Positions 18,260 through 27,525 of a DNA stretch of 64,000 nt are shown piece by piece. The first letter of the stretch is position 1; every line of letters starts with the position of its first letter. The stretch is from a bacterium (GTDB lineage Bacteria > Hydrothermota > Tepidihabitantia > Tepidihabitantales > Tepidihabitantaceae), in NCBI GenBank assembly GCA_046485285.1, contig JAWOHE010000021.1, positions 994 through 64,993 on the forward strand, read 5' to 3'. The notes below the pieces were generated by a model that had not been told where the DNA came from, did not search any database, and saw nothing but the letters and a program-made list of their open reading frames with translations. A program made the translations under genes and the position numbers.

Positions 18260-20101
18260 ATGCTGTCAACCATCCTGACCCTGGCCATCGCGGCCGTGAC
18301 CTCGCTCACCCCCTCGATCGGCGACGTGCCGAACCCGGGGAACTGGGGTGGCGGCGGTCCCGACCAGTATGGCTACCGCTACCTCGATTCCGACACCACC
18401 GCGCCCGGCGCGCCGACCTACAACTGGAAGGATATCAAGGGTGTCGGCGAGCAGGTCCCGAACCTCGGCGACGACAACGTCATCGGCCCGTACAACATCG
18501 GCTTCGACTTCCCGTACTACTGGTACACCGTGACGAGCTTCTTCGTCGGCTCGAACGGCTACATCGCCTTCCACGACAACACCCTCGCCGCCCACGCGTT
18601 CCGGCCGGTCCCGAGCACCTACCGGCCCAACAACACCCTCGCGCCGATGATGTCCGACCTCGACCCGTCGCAGGGCGGCTCGCCCAACGGCTCGGTCTGG
18701 GTCTGGACCAACTCCGCCAACGACACCTGCATCATCCAGTACGACAGTATCCGCTTCTGGAACACCGGCGGCAACAACTCGTTCCAGATCATCCTGAGTC
18801 GGCCCGACAGCGCGATAACCTTCCAGTACAAGGAACAGTCGGGCCAGCCCTATAACGGCTGGGCGCCGGAGCAGAACCAGACCGGCATCGAGAACGTCTC
18901 GGGCGCGGTCGGCCTGAACTACCTCTCCGGCACGATCCCGTCCCAGAACATGTACCACCCCGAACTAGCGGTGCGCTTCTACCCGCCTGCGACGACGACG
19001 ATGGAGGTCCACGACGTCGGCGTCCGCAACGCGATGAACGACCGCAGCGGCGGCTTCTTCGTCGTCAACGGCCAGAGTATCCAGCCCTGGGCGGTCGTCG
19101 CGAACTTCGGCAACCAGACCGAGAGCCCGTACAAGGCCTATGTCCGCATCAAGCGGACCTCGGGCGCGGTCGTCCATATGGACTCGACCACCGCGACGAC
19201 CAACAACCCGGGAGACATCGACTCGCTGGTCTTCCCGAACACCTGGACCGCGACCCAGAACATGACCTTCATCGCCGAGTTCTACACCCGACTCACCGGC
19301 GACGTCTTCCCGCCCAATGACACCGTCAAGGTCGAGTGCCGCGTCCTCGCCCTGCCCGGCTGGCTCAGCTACGACAAGGGCACGGCGGACGCCTACTACT
19401 CGTGGAACGGCCCGGGCGGCTACGGCGCGCGCTTCGTGCCGCCGGTCTACCCGTGCAGCGTCTCGAGTATCCGGATGATGTCGCAGTCGGCCACCGGCGT
19501 CAACTGCGTCCTCGGCATCTTCGCCGACAACGGCGCGGGCGGCGGCCCCGGCGATACGCTCTACCTGGGCTCGGTCAGTGTCTCAGCCCCGCAGTGGTAC
19601 GTCCTCAACCCGCCGAGCCCGGTCGTCATCGAGGACGGCGCGTTCTTCGTCGGCGCGATGTCGGCGACCTCGTCCGACCCGAGCTTCGGGATGGACACCA
19701 TCGCCCCGATCTCCGGCCAGAGCTGGGAGTACACCGGCGTCTGGGCCCCGAGCCGCGACCTCTGGGTCCGCGAGGCGATGTTCAACGCCTCGATACTCGG
19801 CGCGACCGGCATCGAGGAGTGGGTCGGCCCTGCGCCGGTCCCCCAGCCGGTTCGGCTTGACGTCAGCCCGAACCCGTTCGGAACCACGGCCCGGCTCAAC
19901 CTCATCAACCCCCGCGGCTCCGAGGGCGCGGTCGAGGTCTATGACGCGACCGGCAGCGTCGTCCGCACGCTCGAGCTTGACCGCGGTACTGCGGTCTTCA
20001 ACGGCCGTGACGACGCCGGCCGCCTGCTCGCCGAGGGCATCTACTTCGCCCGCGCCCGGGGCGAAGGCGCGTCGGTCGCCAAGGTAGTTATCTCCCGCTG
20101 A
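18260..20101 (+). CDS. Secreted protein with T9SS/FlgD-like C-terminal sorting domain, unknown function
   Basis: ATG 18260 follows AAAGGAGG. N-terminal hydrophobic signal MLSTILTLAIAAVTSL. C-terminus VSPNPFGTTARLNLINPRGSEGAVEVYDATGSVVRTLELD...GIYFARARGEGASVAKVVISR has the T9SS C-terminal-domain pattern. Confidence 0.8.
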   Translation: MLSTILTLAIAAVTSLTPSIGDVPNPGNWGGGGPDQYGYRYLDSDTTAPGAPTYNWKDIKGVGEQVPNLGDDNVIGPYNIGFDFPYYWYTVTSFFVGSNGYIAFHDNTLAAHAFRPVPSTYRPNNTLAPMMSDLDPSQGGSPNGSVWVWTNSANDTCIIQYDSIRFWNTGGNNSFQIILSRPDSAITFQYKEQSGQPYNGWAPEQNQTGIENVSGAVGLNYLSGTIPSQNMYHPELAVRFYPPATTTMEVHDVGVRNAMNDRSGGFFVVNGQSIQPWAVVANFGNQTESPYKAYVRIKRTSGAVVHMDSTTATTNNPGDIDSLVFPNTWTATQNMTFIAEFYTRLTGDVFPPNDTVKVECRVLALPGWLSYDKGTADAYYSWNGPGGYGARFVPPVYPCSVSSIRMMSQSATGVNCVLGIFADNGAGGGPGDTLYLGSVSVSAPQWYVLNPPSPVVIEDGAFFVGAMSATSSDPSFGMDTIAPISGQSWEYTGVWAPSRDLWVREAMFNASILGATGIEEWVGPAPVPQPVRLDVSPNPFGTTARLNLINPRGSEGAVEVYDATGSVVRTLELDRGTAVFNGRDDAGRLLAEGIYFARARGEGASVAKVVISR

Positions 20102-20121
20102 CCGGGGGCGTTCGTTCAAGC

Positions 20122-20152
20122 GGCGGGGCCTTCGGGCCCCGCCCGCCTTTCA
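20122..20152 (+). terminator. Intrinsic terminator hairpin
   Basis: GGCGGGGCC-TTCG-GGCCCCGCC (9-bp perfect stem) followed by CGCCTTTCAC. Lies between the convergent 18260..20101 (+) and recO (-). Confidence 0.65.
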
Positions 20153-20893
20153 CAGCTCCTGCCAGTTGAACGAGTGGAACGCTGGTACCTCGACGTGGCG
20201 GGCGACAAACGCCCGGACCAGGCCGAGCAGCTCCCGGTCCGGTGGCAGCCCGCCGAGCTCGCTCGCCGGGCTGTGGAGCAGGCGGCTGAGCTCGGCCAGC
20301 CACGCGGCCGGCACCACCGGCGCGTTGCGGCCGGCGCCGCAGTCCGGGCAGACCGCCCCGCCCCGGCCCGGGTCGAACCGCCAGCCCTCGCCGCACCCGG
20401 CCGCCGCGCCGCAGCCGAGACACTTACGGACCTCGGGCCGGAACCCGGCGAAGCTCGCCGCTTTGAGCAGGAACGACACTGCCAGCCCGGCAATCGCCGG
20501 CCCGGACGCGGCCTCGAGCTCGCCGAGGTAGACCACCCCGAGCCGGAACAGCGCCTCGTTCGCGTCGTGCTCCCGGGTCGCCCGGAGCAGGAACTCGGCG
20601 AACTGTTCGGCGGCGAGAAACCGCGCCGGCTCGGCCGGGATGCCCGGGTGGGCGCGGGCGAGCGCGGCGTCGGAAATCGTGTAGACCGTCTTCTGCTCGT
20701 GCCAGTACCAGGTGACTTCGGAAAGCGCGAACGGCTCGAGCGCGGCCCCGAGCCGGCTCTTCGGCCGCCGCGCGCCCTTGGCGATGCCGGTGAGCCGGCC
20801 GCTCGAGCGGGTGAAGAAGGTGACCAGCTTGCTCGACTCCCGGTGCGGCCGGACGCGCAGGCAGAGCGCGAGGTCGCGGGCGATCCGCCGCAT
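20150..20893 (-). CDS. recO: DNA repair protein RecO
   Basis: Starts MRRIARDLALCLRVRPHRESSKLVTFFTRSSGRLTGIAKGARRPKSRL at ATG 20893 after GGGAGGA. OB-fold N-domain plus Cys4 zinc motif CLGCG...CPDCG. The N-terminal extension of ORF 20150..21331 overlaps the upstream gene and is rejected. Confidence 0.85.
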   Translation of the reverse strand: MRRIARDLALCLRVRPHRESSKLVTFFTRSSGRLTGIAKGARRPKSRLGAALEPFALSEVTWYWHEQKTVYTISDAALARAHPGIPAEPARFLAAEQFAEFLLRATREHDANEALFRLGVVYLGELEAASGPAIAGLAVSFLLKAASFAGFRPEVRKCLGCGAAAGCGEGWRFDPGRGGAVCPDCGAGRNAPVVPAAWLAELSRLLHSPASELGGLPPDRELLGLVRAFVARHVEVPAFHSFNWQEL

Positions 20894-20904
20894 TCCGTCC
20901 TCCC

Positions 20905-21855
20905 TCAGTCCTCGCTTCGAATCTCGCCGACCAGCTCCTCGAGGATGTCCTCGAGCGTGACGATACCGGTGACCCGGCCGCCGGACTCGACCGCGGCGAG
21001 GTGCTCGCCCCGGCGCTGCATCTGCTCGAGCACCTCCATTATCCGCGCGCCGGCCGCGATGCGCCGGGCCGGCCGGACCCGGACCGGCCCGCCCGCGAGC
21101 AGATCCTTGGCGAAGACGACGCCGGTGATGTTCTCCGGCGCGCCGCGGTAGAGCGGGATGCGCGAGAAACCGTGCCTGCGGACAAACGCGAGCAGCTCCT
21201 CCCGCGTCGCGCCCTCCGGCGCGGACCGGACCCGGGCCAGCGGTATCGCCGCCTCGCCCACCCGGGACCCGGACAGCCGGAACAGCCTGGCGGCAAGGCT
21301 CGAGACCGGAGTTCCCTCCGGGCTCCCGCATTCCCGCTCACGCTGGCGCAGGGCGGACAGGAGGTCCTGGCGGGTCAGCGCCGGCCGCGCCGCCGACGGA
21401 CCCGGCCCGGACCGCGTCAGGAGCCGAGCTAGCCCGGCCAGGAGCAGCACCGCGGGCGCGAACAGCACCATCGCACCGGCCAGCGGCCCGGCCGACCGCC
21501 GGAGCCAGAGGTTCGGGCTCGACTGAGCAAGCGCCTTGGGCGCGAACTCCCCGAACGCGAGCGTCAGCGCCACCAGCGCGACCACCCCGACCGGCGTGAA
21601 CCCGGGCCCGAGCACCCGCGCGAAGAACTCCGACACCAGGACCGACGCGAAGACGTTGACGAGGTTGTTGCCGACCAGCGTCGTGATGACCGTCGCCTCG
21701 CGGTGCCCGAGCAGGCGGAGCGCCAGCCCGGCCCCGGCCAGCTTCCGATCCGCCTGGTTCGTCAGCCGGACCCAGTGCGCCCGGTATATCGCGGTCTCCG
21801 CGCCCGAAAAGAACCCGGACAGCGCAACCAGCCCGGCCGCGGCGAGAAGCTGCAT
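20905..21855 (-). CDS. CNNM/DUF21 transmembrane domain + CBS-pair protein
   Basis: LVALSGFFSGAETAIYRA and TLVGNNLVNV (DUF21), followed by a CBS pair (IPLYRGAPENITGVVFAKDLL, AAVESGGRVTGIVTLEDILEELVGEI). Confidence 0.8.
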   Translation of the reverse strand: MQLLAAAGLVALSGFFSGAETAIYRAHWVRLTNQADRKLAGAGLALRLLGHREATVITTLVGNNLVNVFASVLVSEFFARVLGPGFTPVGVVALVALTLAFGEFAPKALAQSSPNLWLRRSAGPLAGAMVLFAPAVLLLAGLARLLTRSGPGPSAARPALTRQDLLSALRQRERECGSPEGTPVSSLAARLFRLSGSRVGEAAIPLARVRSAPEGATREELLAFVRRHGFSRIPLYRGAPENITGVVFAKDLLAGGPVRVRPARRIAAGARIMEVLEQMQRRGEHLAAVESGGRVTGIVTLEDILEELVGEIRSED

Positions 21856-21857
21856 CG

Positions 21858-23111
21858 CTAGCCCTGCCCCCGGCGCGCCCGGCGGATCAGCGCTTTCTCC
21901 AGCTTGTGCTCGCTCGTCTCGCTGACTTCGATTTCCAGCCCGCCGAACCGGACGACGTCACCCCGGGCCGGCAGGCGGCCGAGCCGCTCGTGCACGAAAC
22001 CGGACAGCCGCTCCTGCTCGACGCCGGCGAACCGGCCGCGCATAAGCCGGTCGAGCGTCGCGATGTCCACCTCGCCGTCGACCTCGAGGCTCCCGTCCGC
22101 CAGCCGCCGCCAGGGCAGCTCGCCCGGCTCGTCGTACTCGTCGGCGATCTCCCCGAAGATCGCCTCAAGCACGTCCTCAAGGGTCACCAGCCCGGCAGTC
22201 TGGCCGAACTCGTCCACCACCACCGCGATATGCGAGCCCTTCTTCCGGAGCTCGTCGAGCAGGGACGGTAGGCGCTTCACCTCTGGCACGAAATACGCCC
22301 GGCGCATCAGCTCCGCCACCGGCCGGTCCGGATCCGCGCCCGGCAGTTCCTTGGCGTAGACCACGCCGACGACCCGGTCCACCGACCCGTCGTAGACCGG
22401 CAGGCGCGACAGGAGATGCTCGGCCGCGAGCGCAACCGCCTCCCGCACCGTCGCCGACTTCTCGAGCGCGACCATCTCGATGCGCGGCGTCATCACCTCG
22501 CCGACGGTCCGGTCGGCCAGGCCGACCAGGTTCCAGAGAATCTCCTCCTCCCGCTCGACGATGACCCCGCGTTCCCGGCCGACCCGGAACATCGTGTGCA
22601 GTTCGCTCTCGGACAGGTGCTCGTCCTCGCCCCGCCGTGCGGCCAGCCGGGCGTCGATACGGTCGAGCAGTGCGGCGACCGGCGCGAACAGCGCCCGGAC
22701 CGTGCCGACCACCGGCGCGGCGACGAGCGCGAACCGCACCGGGTCCCGGGCCGCGAGAAGCTTCGGGGTTACCTCCCCGAACACCAGCAGCAGCCCGGTC
22801 ATCGCCAGCCCGCCCAGCCCGAGGTACAGCGCCGGGCTAGCCCCGGCCCGGCCGGACCATTCCACGAGGACGAGCGTGGCGAGCGCGGAGGCTGTGACGT
22901 TGACCGCGACGTTGGAAACGAGGATCGCGCCCAGCAGCCGCGCCGGCGAGGCGAGCAGGTCGTCAACCCGGCGGCCGGCGCGCGGCTGCTGTTGCCTCAG
23001 CTGGTCCCGGCCCGCCGCGGTCAGCGAGAACAGCGCGGTCTCCGAGCCCGAGATGAGCGCCGACAGCGCGAGTAGGAGCGCGATGCCGGCGAGCTGGATG
23101 TACAGCGTCAT
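21858..23111 (-). CDS. Hemolysin-family protein (DUF21-CBS-CorC_HlyC)
   Basis: LSALISGSETALFSL (DUF21), a CBS pair (RLPVYDGSVDRVVGVVYAKEL, IAVVVDEFGQTAGLVTLEDVLEAIFGEI), and a CorC/HlyC C-terminal domain (GSLEVDGEVDIATLDRL...FGGLEIEVSE). Confidence 0.85.
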   Translation of the reverse strand: MTLYIQLAGIALLLALSALISGSETALFSLTAAGRDQLRQQQPRAGRRVDDLLASPARLLGAILVSNVAVNVTASALATLVLVEWSGRAGASPALYLGLGGLAMTGLLLVFGEVTPKLLAARDPVRFALVAAPVVGTVRALFAPVAALLDRIDARLAARRGEDEHLSESELHTMFRVGRERGVIVEREEEILWNLVGLADRTVGEVMTPRIEMVALEKSATVREAVALAAEHLLSRLPVYDGSVDRVVGVVYAKELPGADPDRPVAELMRRAYFVPEVKRLPSLLDELRKKGSHIAVVVDEFGQTAGLVTLEDVLEAIFGEIADEYDEPGELPWRRLADGSLEVDGEVDIATLDRLMRGRFAGVEQERLSGFVHERLGRLPARGDVVRFGGLEIEVSETSEHKLEKALIRRARRGQG

Positions 23112-23129
23112 GGCGCGCGGTGCGCGGCC

Positions 23130-23543
23130 TTACTCCACCCCGGCCATCTGCCGGTGGCTGAGGCCGAGCAGGTGGAGCAGGCCGTGCCGGGCGAGCCGCT
23201 CGAGCTCGCCGTGGTACCCGGTGCCGTACTCCCGGCCCTGGGCCCGCGCGCAGTCCCGCGAGACATACACCTCGCCCAGCATCCGCCGTCCCGTCTCCGG
23301 GTCGTCGTGGCCGAGCGGGAAGGAAAGCACGTCGGTCGGTCCCGCCTTGCCGCGCCAGCGGCGGTTGAGCCGGGCAATTGCCTGGTCGTCAATGAGGATG
23401 ACATTGGCCTGGCCGCCCCGGCAGGCCGGGAACTGCCGCGTGAGGCTGCGCGCGAGTCCCGCCAGCGCCGCGGCCAGTCGACGGTCGCGTGAGTTCGTGT
23501 ACAGCGCGAGGCCGGGTCGGCCCGGGGGAGGCTTGCGCTTCAT
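23130..23543 (-). CDS. ybeY: rRNA maturation endoribonuclease YbeY
   Basis: 137 aa with [10 protein letters not shown] and the zinc motif [11 protein letters not shown] (HxxxHxxxxxH). Start overlaps the phoH stop. Confidence 0.88.
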   Translation of the reverse strand: MKRKPPPGRPGLALYTNSRDRRLAAALAGLARSLTRQFPACRGGQANVILIDDQAIARLNRRWRGKAGPTDVLSFPLGHDDPETGRRMLGEVYVSRDCARAQGREYGTGYHGELERLARHGLLHLLGLSHRQMAGVE

Positions 23544-24526
23544 GCCCGGGGCTCTCCCCCTCCCGACTTCCCACCCCGGTCCTCGTAGGCCCGGATTATC
23601 CGCGACACCAGCGGAGGACGGACCACGTCCGACGCGTCGAACCGGCAGATGCCGATGCCCTTGACGCCCGCCAGCCGGCGCTCGGCCTCGACCAACCCGC
23701 TCGCGGCCGGGTCGGCGAGGTCGACCTGGGTCACGTCGCCGGTGACGATGGCACGGGAGTTCCAGCCCAGCCGGGTCAGGAACATCCGCATCTGCGTCGA
23801 GGTGGTGTTCTGGGCCTCGTCGAGGATGATGCAGGAGTCGGACAGGGTCCGGCCGCGCATAAACGCAAGCGCCGCAACCTCGATGACCTCCTCCTCGAGC
23901 AGTCGTCGGGCGCGCTCGAGCGGCAGGAGGTCGAAGAGCGCATCATAGAGAGGGCGCAGGTAGGGGTCAACCTTGTCGCGGTAGGTTCCGGGCAGGTAGC
24001 CGAGCGACTCGCCGGCCTCGACCGCCGGCCGGGTCAGGACGATGCGGCTCGCCCGGCCCGCGACCAGCGCCTCGACCGCGGCCGCCACCGCCAAGTAGGT
24101 CTTGCCGGTTCCGGCCGGGCCGATGGCGAAGGTTATCTCGTTCCGGCCAATCGCCTCGACGTAGCGCTGCTGGTTCGGGCTCCGGGCGATGATCGTCTTG
24201 CGCGGGGTCTTGAGCACGGCCGGCCCGCCCCTGCCCGCCTCCGGCTCCCGCCGCGCGGCGACCTCGGCTCGCACCCGCTCCGGGGTCAGCGACTCGCCGG
24301 CCCGGCAGAGCTCGAGCAGGCGGCGGAACAGGGCGAGCAGTTCCTCGCGCTCCCCGGCCGGACCCGCGAGCCGGACGACACCGGCCCGGACCGCGATGCG
24401 GCTCCGGTAGTTCCGCGCGATTTCGAGGAGGTTGCAGTCGGCCGGGCCCAGCAGGCTCAGCGGGTCGACGTCCTCGAGCGGGACCTCGGCCGCCCCGACC
24501 GCTTCGGCAGGATTGTCGCTGGTCAT
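23540..24526 (-). CDS. phoH: PhoH family ATPase
   Basis: Walker [14 protein letters not shown], Walker [11 protein letters not shown], and [10 protein letters not shown]-type [10 protein letters not shown] motif. Confidence 0.88.
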   Translation of the reverse strand: MTSDNPAEAVGAAEVPLEDVDPLSLLGPADCNLLEIARNYRSRIAVRAGVVRLAGPAGEREELLALFRRLLELCRAGESLTPERVRAEVAARREPEAGRGGPAVLKTPRKTIIARSPNQQRYVEAIGRNEITFAIGPAGTGKTYLAVAAAVEALVAGRASRIVLTRPAVEAGESLGYLPGTYRDKVDPYLRPLYDALFDLLPLERARRLLEEEVIEVAALAFMRGRTLSDSCIILDEAQNTTSTQMRMFLTRLGWNSRAIVTGDVTQVDLADPAASGLVEAERRLAGVKGIGICRFDASDVVRPPLVSRIIRAYEDRGGKSGGGEPRA

Positions 24527-24716
24527 CCGTTGTTGGCCAATTGTAGCCTGCCACCCCGGGGGGTCAAGGCCCCCGGGACAGGATCAACCACCAAGACACC
24601 AGGAAGAACAGGACTCCGGGGTCGGACCCTGAGACTCTCCATCTTCCTGTCTTGGTGTCTTCTTCGGTGTGTCTCTCCTTCCTGGCGTTCTCCGGTCCGG
24701 GCCTTTCGTCGCCGGC

Positions 24717-24744
24717 TTGACTCCCGGAGAGCGTCGGTTAGGCT
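24717..24744 (+). promoter_or_regulatory. Sigma70-type promoter abutting a start codon (leaderless candidate)
   Basis: TTGACT (24717-24722), 16-nt spacer, TAGGCT (24739-24744), then 6 nt to GTG 24751. Confidence 0.5.
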
Positions 24745-24750
24745 GTTTCT

Positions 24751-26181
24751 GTGCTGTGGTCCCCACTGCTGCTCGCCGTTGCGCTCGCCGGGCCGGTCGA
24801 GAGCCTGCCCGGCCCGGTCGTCAGCCCGGTCGCGTTCGCCCTGCTCGCCAACAGCCGCCAGTCGGTTTATTCCGGCTTCCAGCCCGACCTGCCGGTCCAG
24901 GTCCTTGCCAACGTCCTCTGGGCGATGGACCGGGCTCCCCGACTCGGCGCCGACCGTGACCTCTACGTCGCCACGCCGGAGAACCTCTACCGCTACCGGC
25001 CCGGGGCAGGACTGGAACTCCACCGCCCCGGCGACCGGCGCTACAACTCCGGCTCGGCATTCGAGGTCGGGGTCGCGGCCGACGTCCCGGCCGACGCCGG
25101 GCTGGCGGTCCAGTCCGGCCTGCTCGCGGCCACCGCCCTCCGGGCCGAGCACGGAGCGGCCGCCTGCCCGATGAGCTGGGCGACCGACCACGCCAACGAG
25201 GCCTGGGAAGCCGACCGGCCAGTGCTGATGACCGTCGTCTTCGGCCGGGCCGAGGCTCGGCCGCTGGACAGCTCGTGGCTTCAGCCCCCTCGCCCGCGTG
25301 ACGCCCTGCCCGACCCGGTGACCGCCGGGCCGGACAGCTTCGAGATCACCCTGCTCGGCCTGAACCAGGACACCTCCTTCGCAACCTGGAGCCTGTCCTT
25401 GGAGACCGTCTCGCAGTTGCTCTGGGCCGCGGCCGGACCAACCCCGCACCGCACCATCGCCGGCGAGCCGGGCCTCACCATCCCGGCCGGGCTGGCCGCC
25501 TGGCCGGGCACCGCCGAGATCGCGCTTGCCCGGGCCGAGGGGGTCGACCGCTACCGGAACCGGGCCGGGCCCGTGCCCGACCACCGCCTCGAACGGATCG
25601 TTCCGGCCGACCGCCGCGAGGAACTGCTGGTGGCGGCGCCCGGCCTGACGATTGCGCCGGTGCTCTTCGTCATCTCGGTGCCGGACACGGCCGATGGCCT
25701 TGCGGAACAGGAAGCCGGTGCCGCTGCCTTCGGGCTTCTCGCCCAGGCCCGGGCGCTCGGCCTCGCCTGCCGGCTCGCCGGACCGCTCGACCGCCGCCAG
25801 TCCCGCACCGCGGCCCGCGCACTCGGGCTGGTGCGCGGCCTAGCACCGGCACTCGTCGTCGCAGTCGGCGAGCCGGTGAACCAGGATACCCAATCCGGGC
25901 CGGGCACGGTCGAAATCGTCCGAGCTACCTCCTTCACCCGGCGCGGTGAGCCCGCCCGCGTCGAGTACCTCCTGCGTGTCCCGGGCGACGTGCGGGTGGA
26001 TGTGTTTGACCTGCTCGGCCGGCCGGTCCGCCAGCTCCCGGCCGCCCGCCGGTCCGCCGGCTACCACGGCGTCGAGTGGGACGGGCTCGATGACGCCGGC
26101 ACCCGGGTGAAGCCCGGCAGCTACCTAATCGGGGTCTTCGGCCCCGGCGCGGTCGCCCAGCACCGGGTCACGGTTCTGTAG
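24751..26181 (+). CDS. Secreted protein with two SagB/nitroreductase-fold-like domains and a FlgD-like/T9SS C-terminal domain
   Basis: Signal-like MLWSPLLLAVALAGP. Two segments carry the LLWAA-type motif (VLANVLWAMDRAP and VSQLLWAAAGPT) followed by AGxxAxNLxLxAxALGL-like AGAAAFGLLAQARALGLA. The C-terminus VEYLLRVPGDVRVDVFDLLGRPVRQL...GVEWDGLDDAGTRVKPGSYLIGV is an FlgD Ig-like/T9SS-type tail. Confidence 0.7.
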   Translation: MLWSPLLLAVALAGPVESLPGPVVSPVAFALLANSRQSVYSGFQPDLPVQVLANVLWAMDRAPRLGADRDLYVATPENLYRYRPGAGLELHRPGDRRYNSGSAFEVGVAADVPADAGLAVQSGLLAATALRAEHGAAACPMSWATDHANEAWEADRPVLMTVVFGRAEARPLDSSWLQPPRPRDALPDPVTAGPDSFEITLLGLNQDTSFATWSLSLETVSQLLWAAAGPTPHRTIAGEPGLTIPAGLAAWPGTAEIALARAEGVDRYRNRAGPVPDHRLERIVPADRREELLVAAPGLTIAPVLFVISVPDTADGLAEQEAGAAAFGLLAQARALGLACRLAGPLDRRQSRTAARALGLVRGLAPALVVAVGEPVNQDTQSGPGTVEIVRATSFTRRGEPARVEYLLRVPGDVRVDVFDLLGRPVRQLPAARRSAGYHGVEWDGLDDAGTRVKPGSYLIGVFGPGAVAQHRVTVL

Positions 26182-27448
26182 GGCGCGTCGCGCCTGCCCG
26201 CCGGCCGGCGTACTTAAGCTCAATTGAGTACACACCGAGCGCGATGTTGTCGGACCGGCGGCTATGCCACTCCGGGGTCACGCTTGCCATCGCCTCGACC
26301 CTCAACTCGCCCTGCCGCCCACTGAGAGCGGTCCAACTCCCGAACAGGCTGAGCTCGTTGAACCGGTAGTCCGACTGCCAGGCCGTGTCCGCGTGGGGAT
26401 ACCGGCGCAGGCCGAACCGGTCCTCGACGCTCAGCCAGAGCCGCTCGACGCGGTAGAGGTCGACACCGGCGGCAAGCGAGAGCTCGCGGTAGTCCTCGTC
26501 GCCCGGGCCATCGAGCCCGACCCCGAGATCGACTCTCGGCCCGCCCCGGAGCGTCAGCACCGTCCCGATCGGGAAGTCGAACGTCAGCCGGGCGCCGTTC
26601 TCGAACAGGCTGGTGTAGACCGGCGTCGCGGAGTCGTAGACGGTCCAGCGCGCCTCCTCGGCCAGTTCGACCGACCCCGCGCCGAGGTCCATCCCGGCGG
26701 TCGCGGTGACGGCCCGTTCCCGATAGGCCGCCAGCGAACCCCGGTATTCCCGCCGTCGGAACTCACCATCGCCGCCTAGCCGGAGCCCACCCTCGAGGCG
26801 GTGCTCGAGCCCGGCCTGTGCCGACCAGTCGTCGTAGTCCCGGTCTGGGTCCTGCCCGGCCCGGCGCCGGGACCAGACGCCGGCCACATCCGCGCCGGTG
26901 AAGAGCCCGGGTTCCCATCGCCCGGTCAGCCGCGCGCGGTTGACCGCATAGTCGTGGTACCAGCTGTCCGGCCTCGCGTAGCGTACCAAATCGAACCCGT
27001 CCGAGAGCGCGAGCCGGGCGTATGGGACCGGCCGCCAGCGGAGTTCAAGCCGGGTGGAGTTGCTCCAGTAGTCCCGGCCGCCGTAGAGCGTCTCGCTGAG
27101 CGCCGGGAGCCAGCGGTGGTAGTGCCGCAGGTCGGCGTCGTTGCCCGCCCGGAGGACGAGCGTCGGGCCGAGCGCCTGTTCGAGCCCGAGCCCGAGGACG
27201 TCGCGGACCGACCGGGTCGAGACGCTGGCCGCGTTGTTCGCATCGAACCGCGTGCTGGCGGTGTCGAGCGCAAGCCGGAACGCGAGCCCGGCGCGTCCCT
27301 CGCTCTCGACGTCGAGCGTATCCTCCTCGAGCCAGTTCCAGTTGACCGTATCGTAGTTCGCGACCGCGTAGCGCTGGGTCGTGTAATCGGCCCCGATGCC
27401 GGCCTCGGTCGAGAACGACAGTGCGCCGGCGAGGAACAGGAGCAACAT
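26168..27448 (-). CDS. Putative outer-membrane beta-barrel protein
   Basis: Signal MLLLFLAGALSFSTEA. Alternating-hydrophobicity strands throughout, rich in aromatics, Gly and Asp. 14-nt convergent overlap with 24751..26181. No family recognised. Confidence 0.6.
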   Translation of the reverse strand: MLLLFLAGALSFSTEAGIGADYTTQRYAVANYDTVNWNWLEEDTLDVESEGRAGLAFRLALDTASTRFDANNAASVSTRSVRDVLGLGLEQALGPTLVLRAGNDADLRHYHRWLPALSETLYGGRDYWSNSTRLELRWRPVPYARLALSDGFDLVRYARPDSWYHDYAVNRARLTGRWEPGLFTGADVAGVWSRRRAGQDPDRDYDDWSAQAGLEHRLEGGLRLGGDGEFRRREYRGSLAAYRERAVTATAGMDLGAGSVELAEEARWTVYDSATPVYTSLFENGARLTFDFPIGTVLTLRGGPRVDLGVGLDGPGDEDYRELSLAAGVDLYRVERLWLSVEDRFGLRRYPHADTAWQSDYRFNELSLFGSWTALSGRQGELRVEAMASVTPEWHSRRSDNIALGVYSIELKYAGRRAGATRPTEP

Positions 27449-27525
27449 ACGCTAGCCCCGTGCGGCGTGGCCCGGCCCCCGCGGGCAGGGAGCCGGGCCG
27501 CGCGCGGACCGTGCCGGATGCGCGG

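Noticed and set aside
12766-20101. Prophage interpretation of the tail-fibre-domain gene region
   Set aside because: No capsid, terminase, portal, integrase or other tail genes are present. The neighbours are a TonB-type barrel and a T9SS cargo gene, and the protein has a Sec signal peptide.
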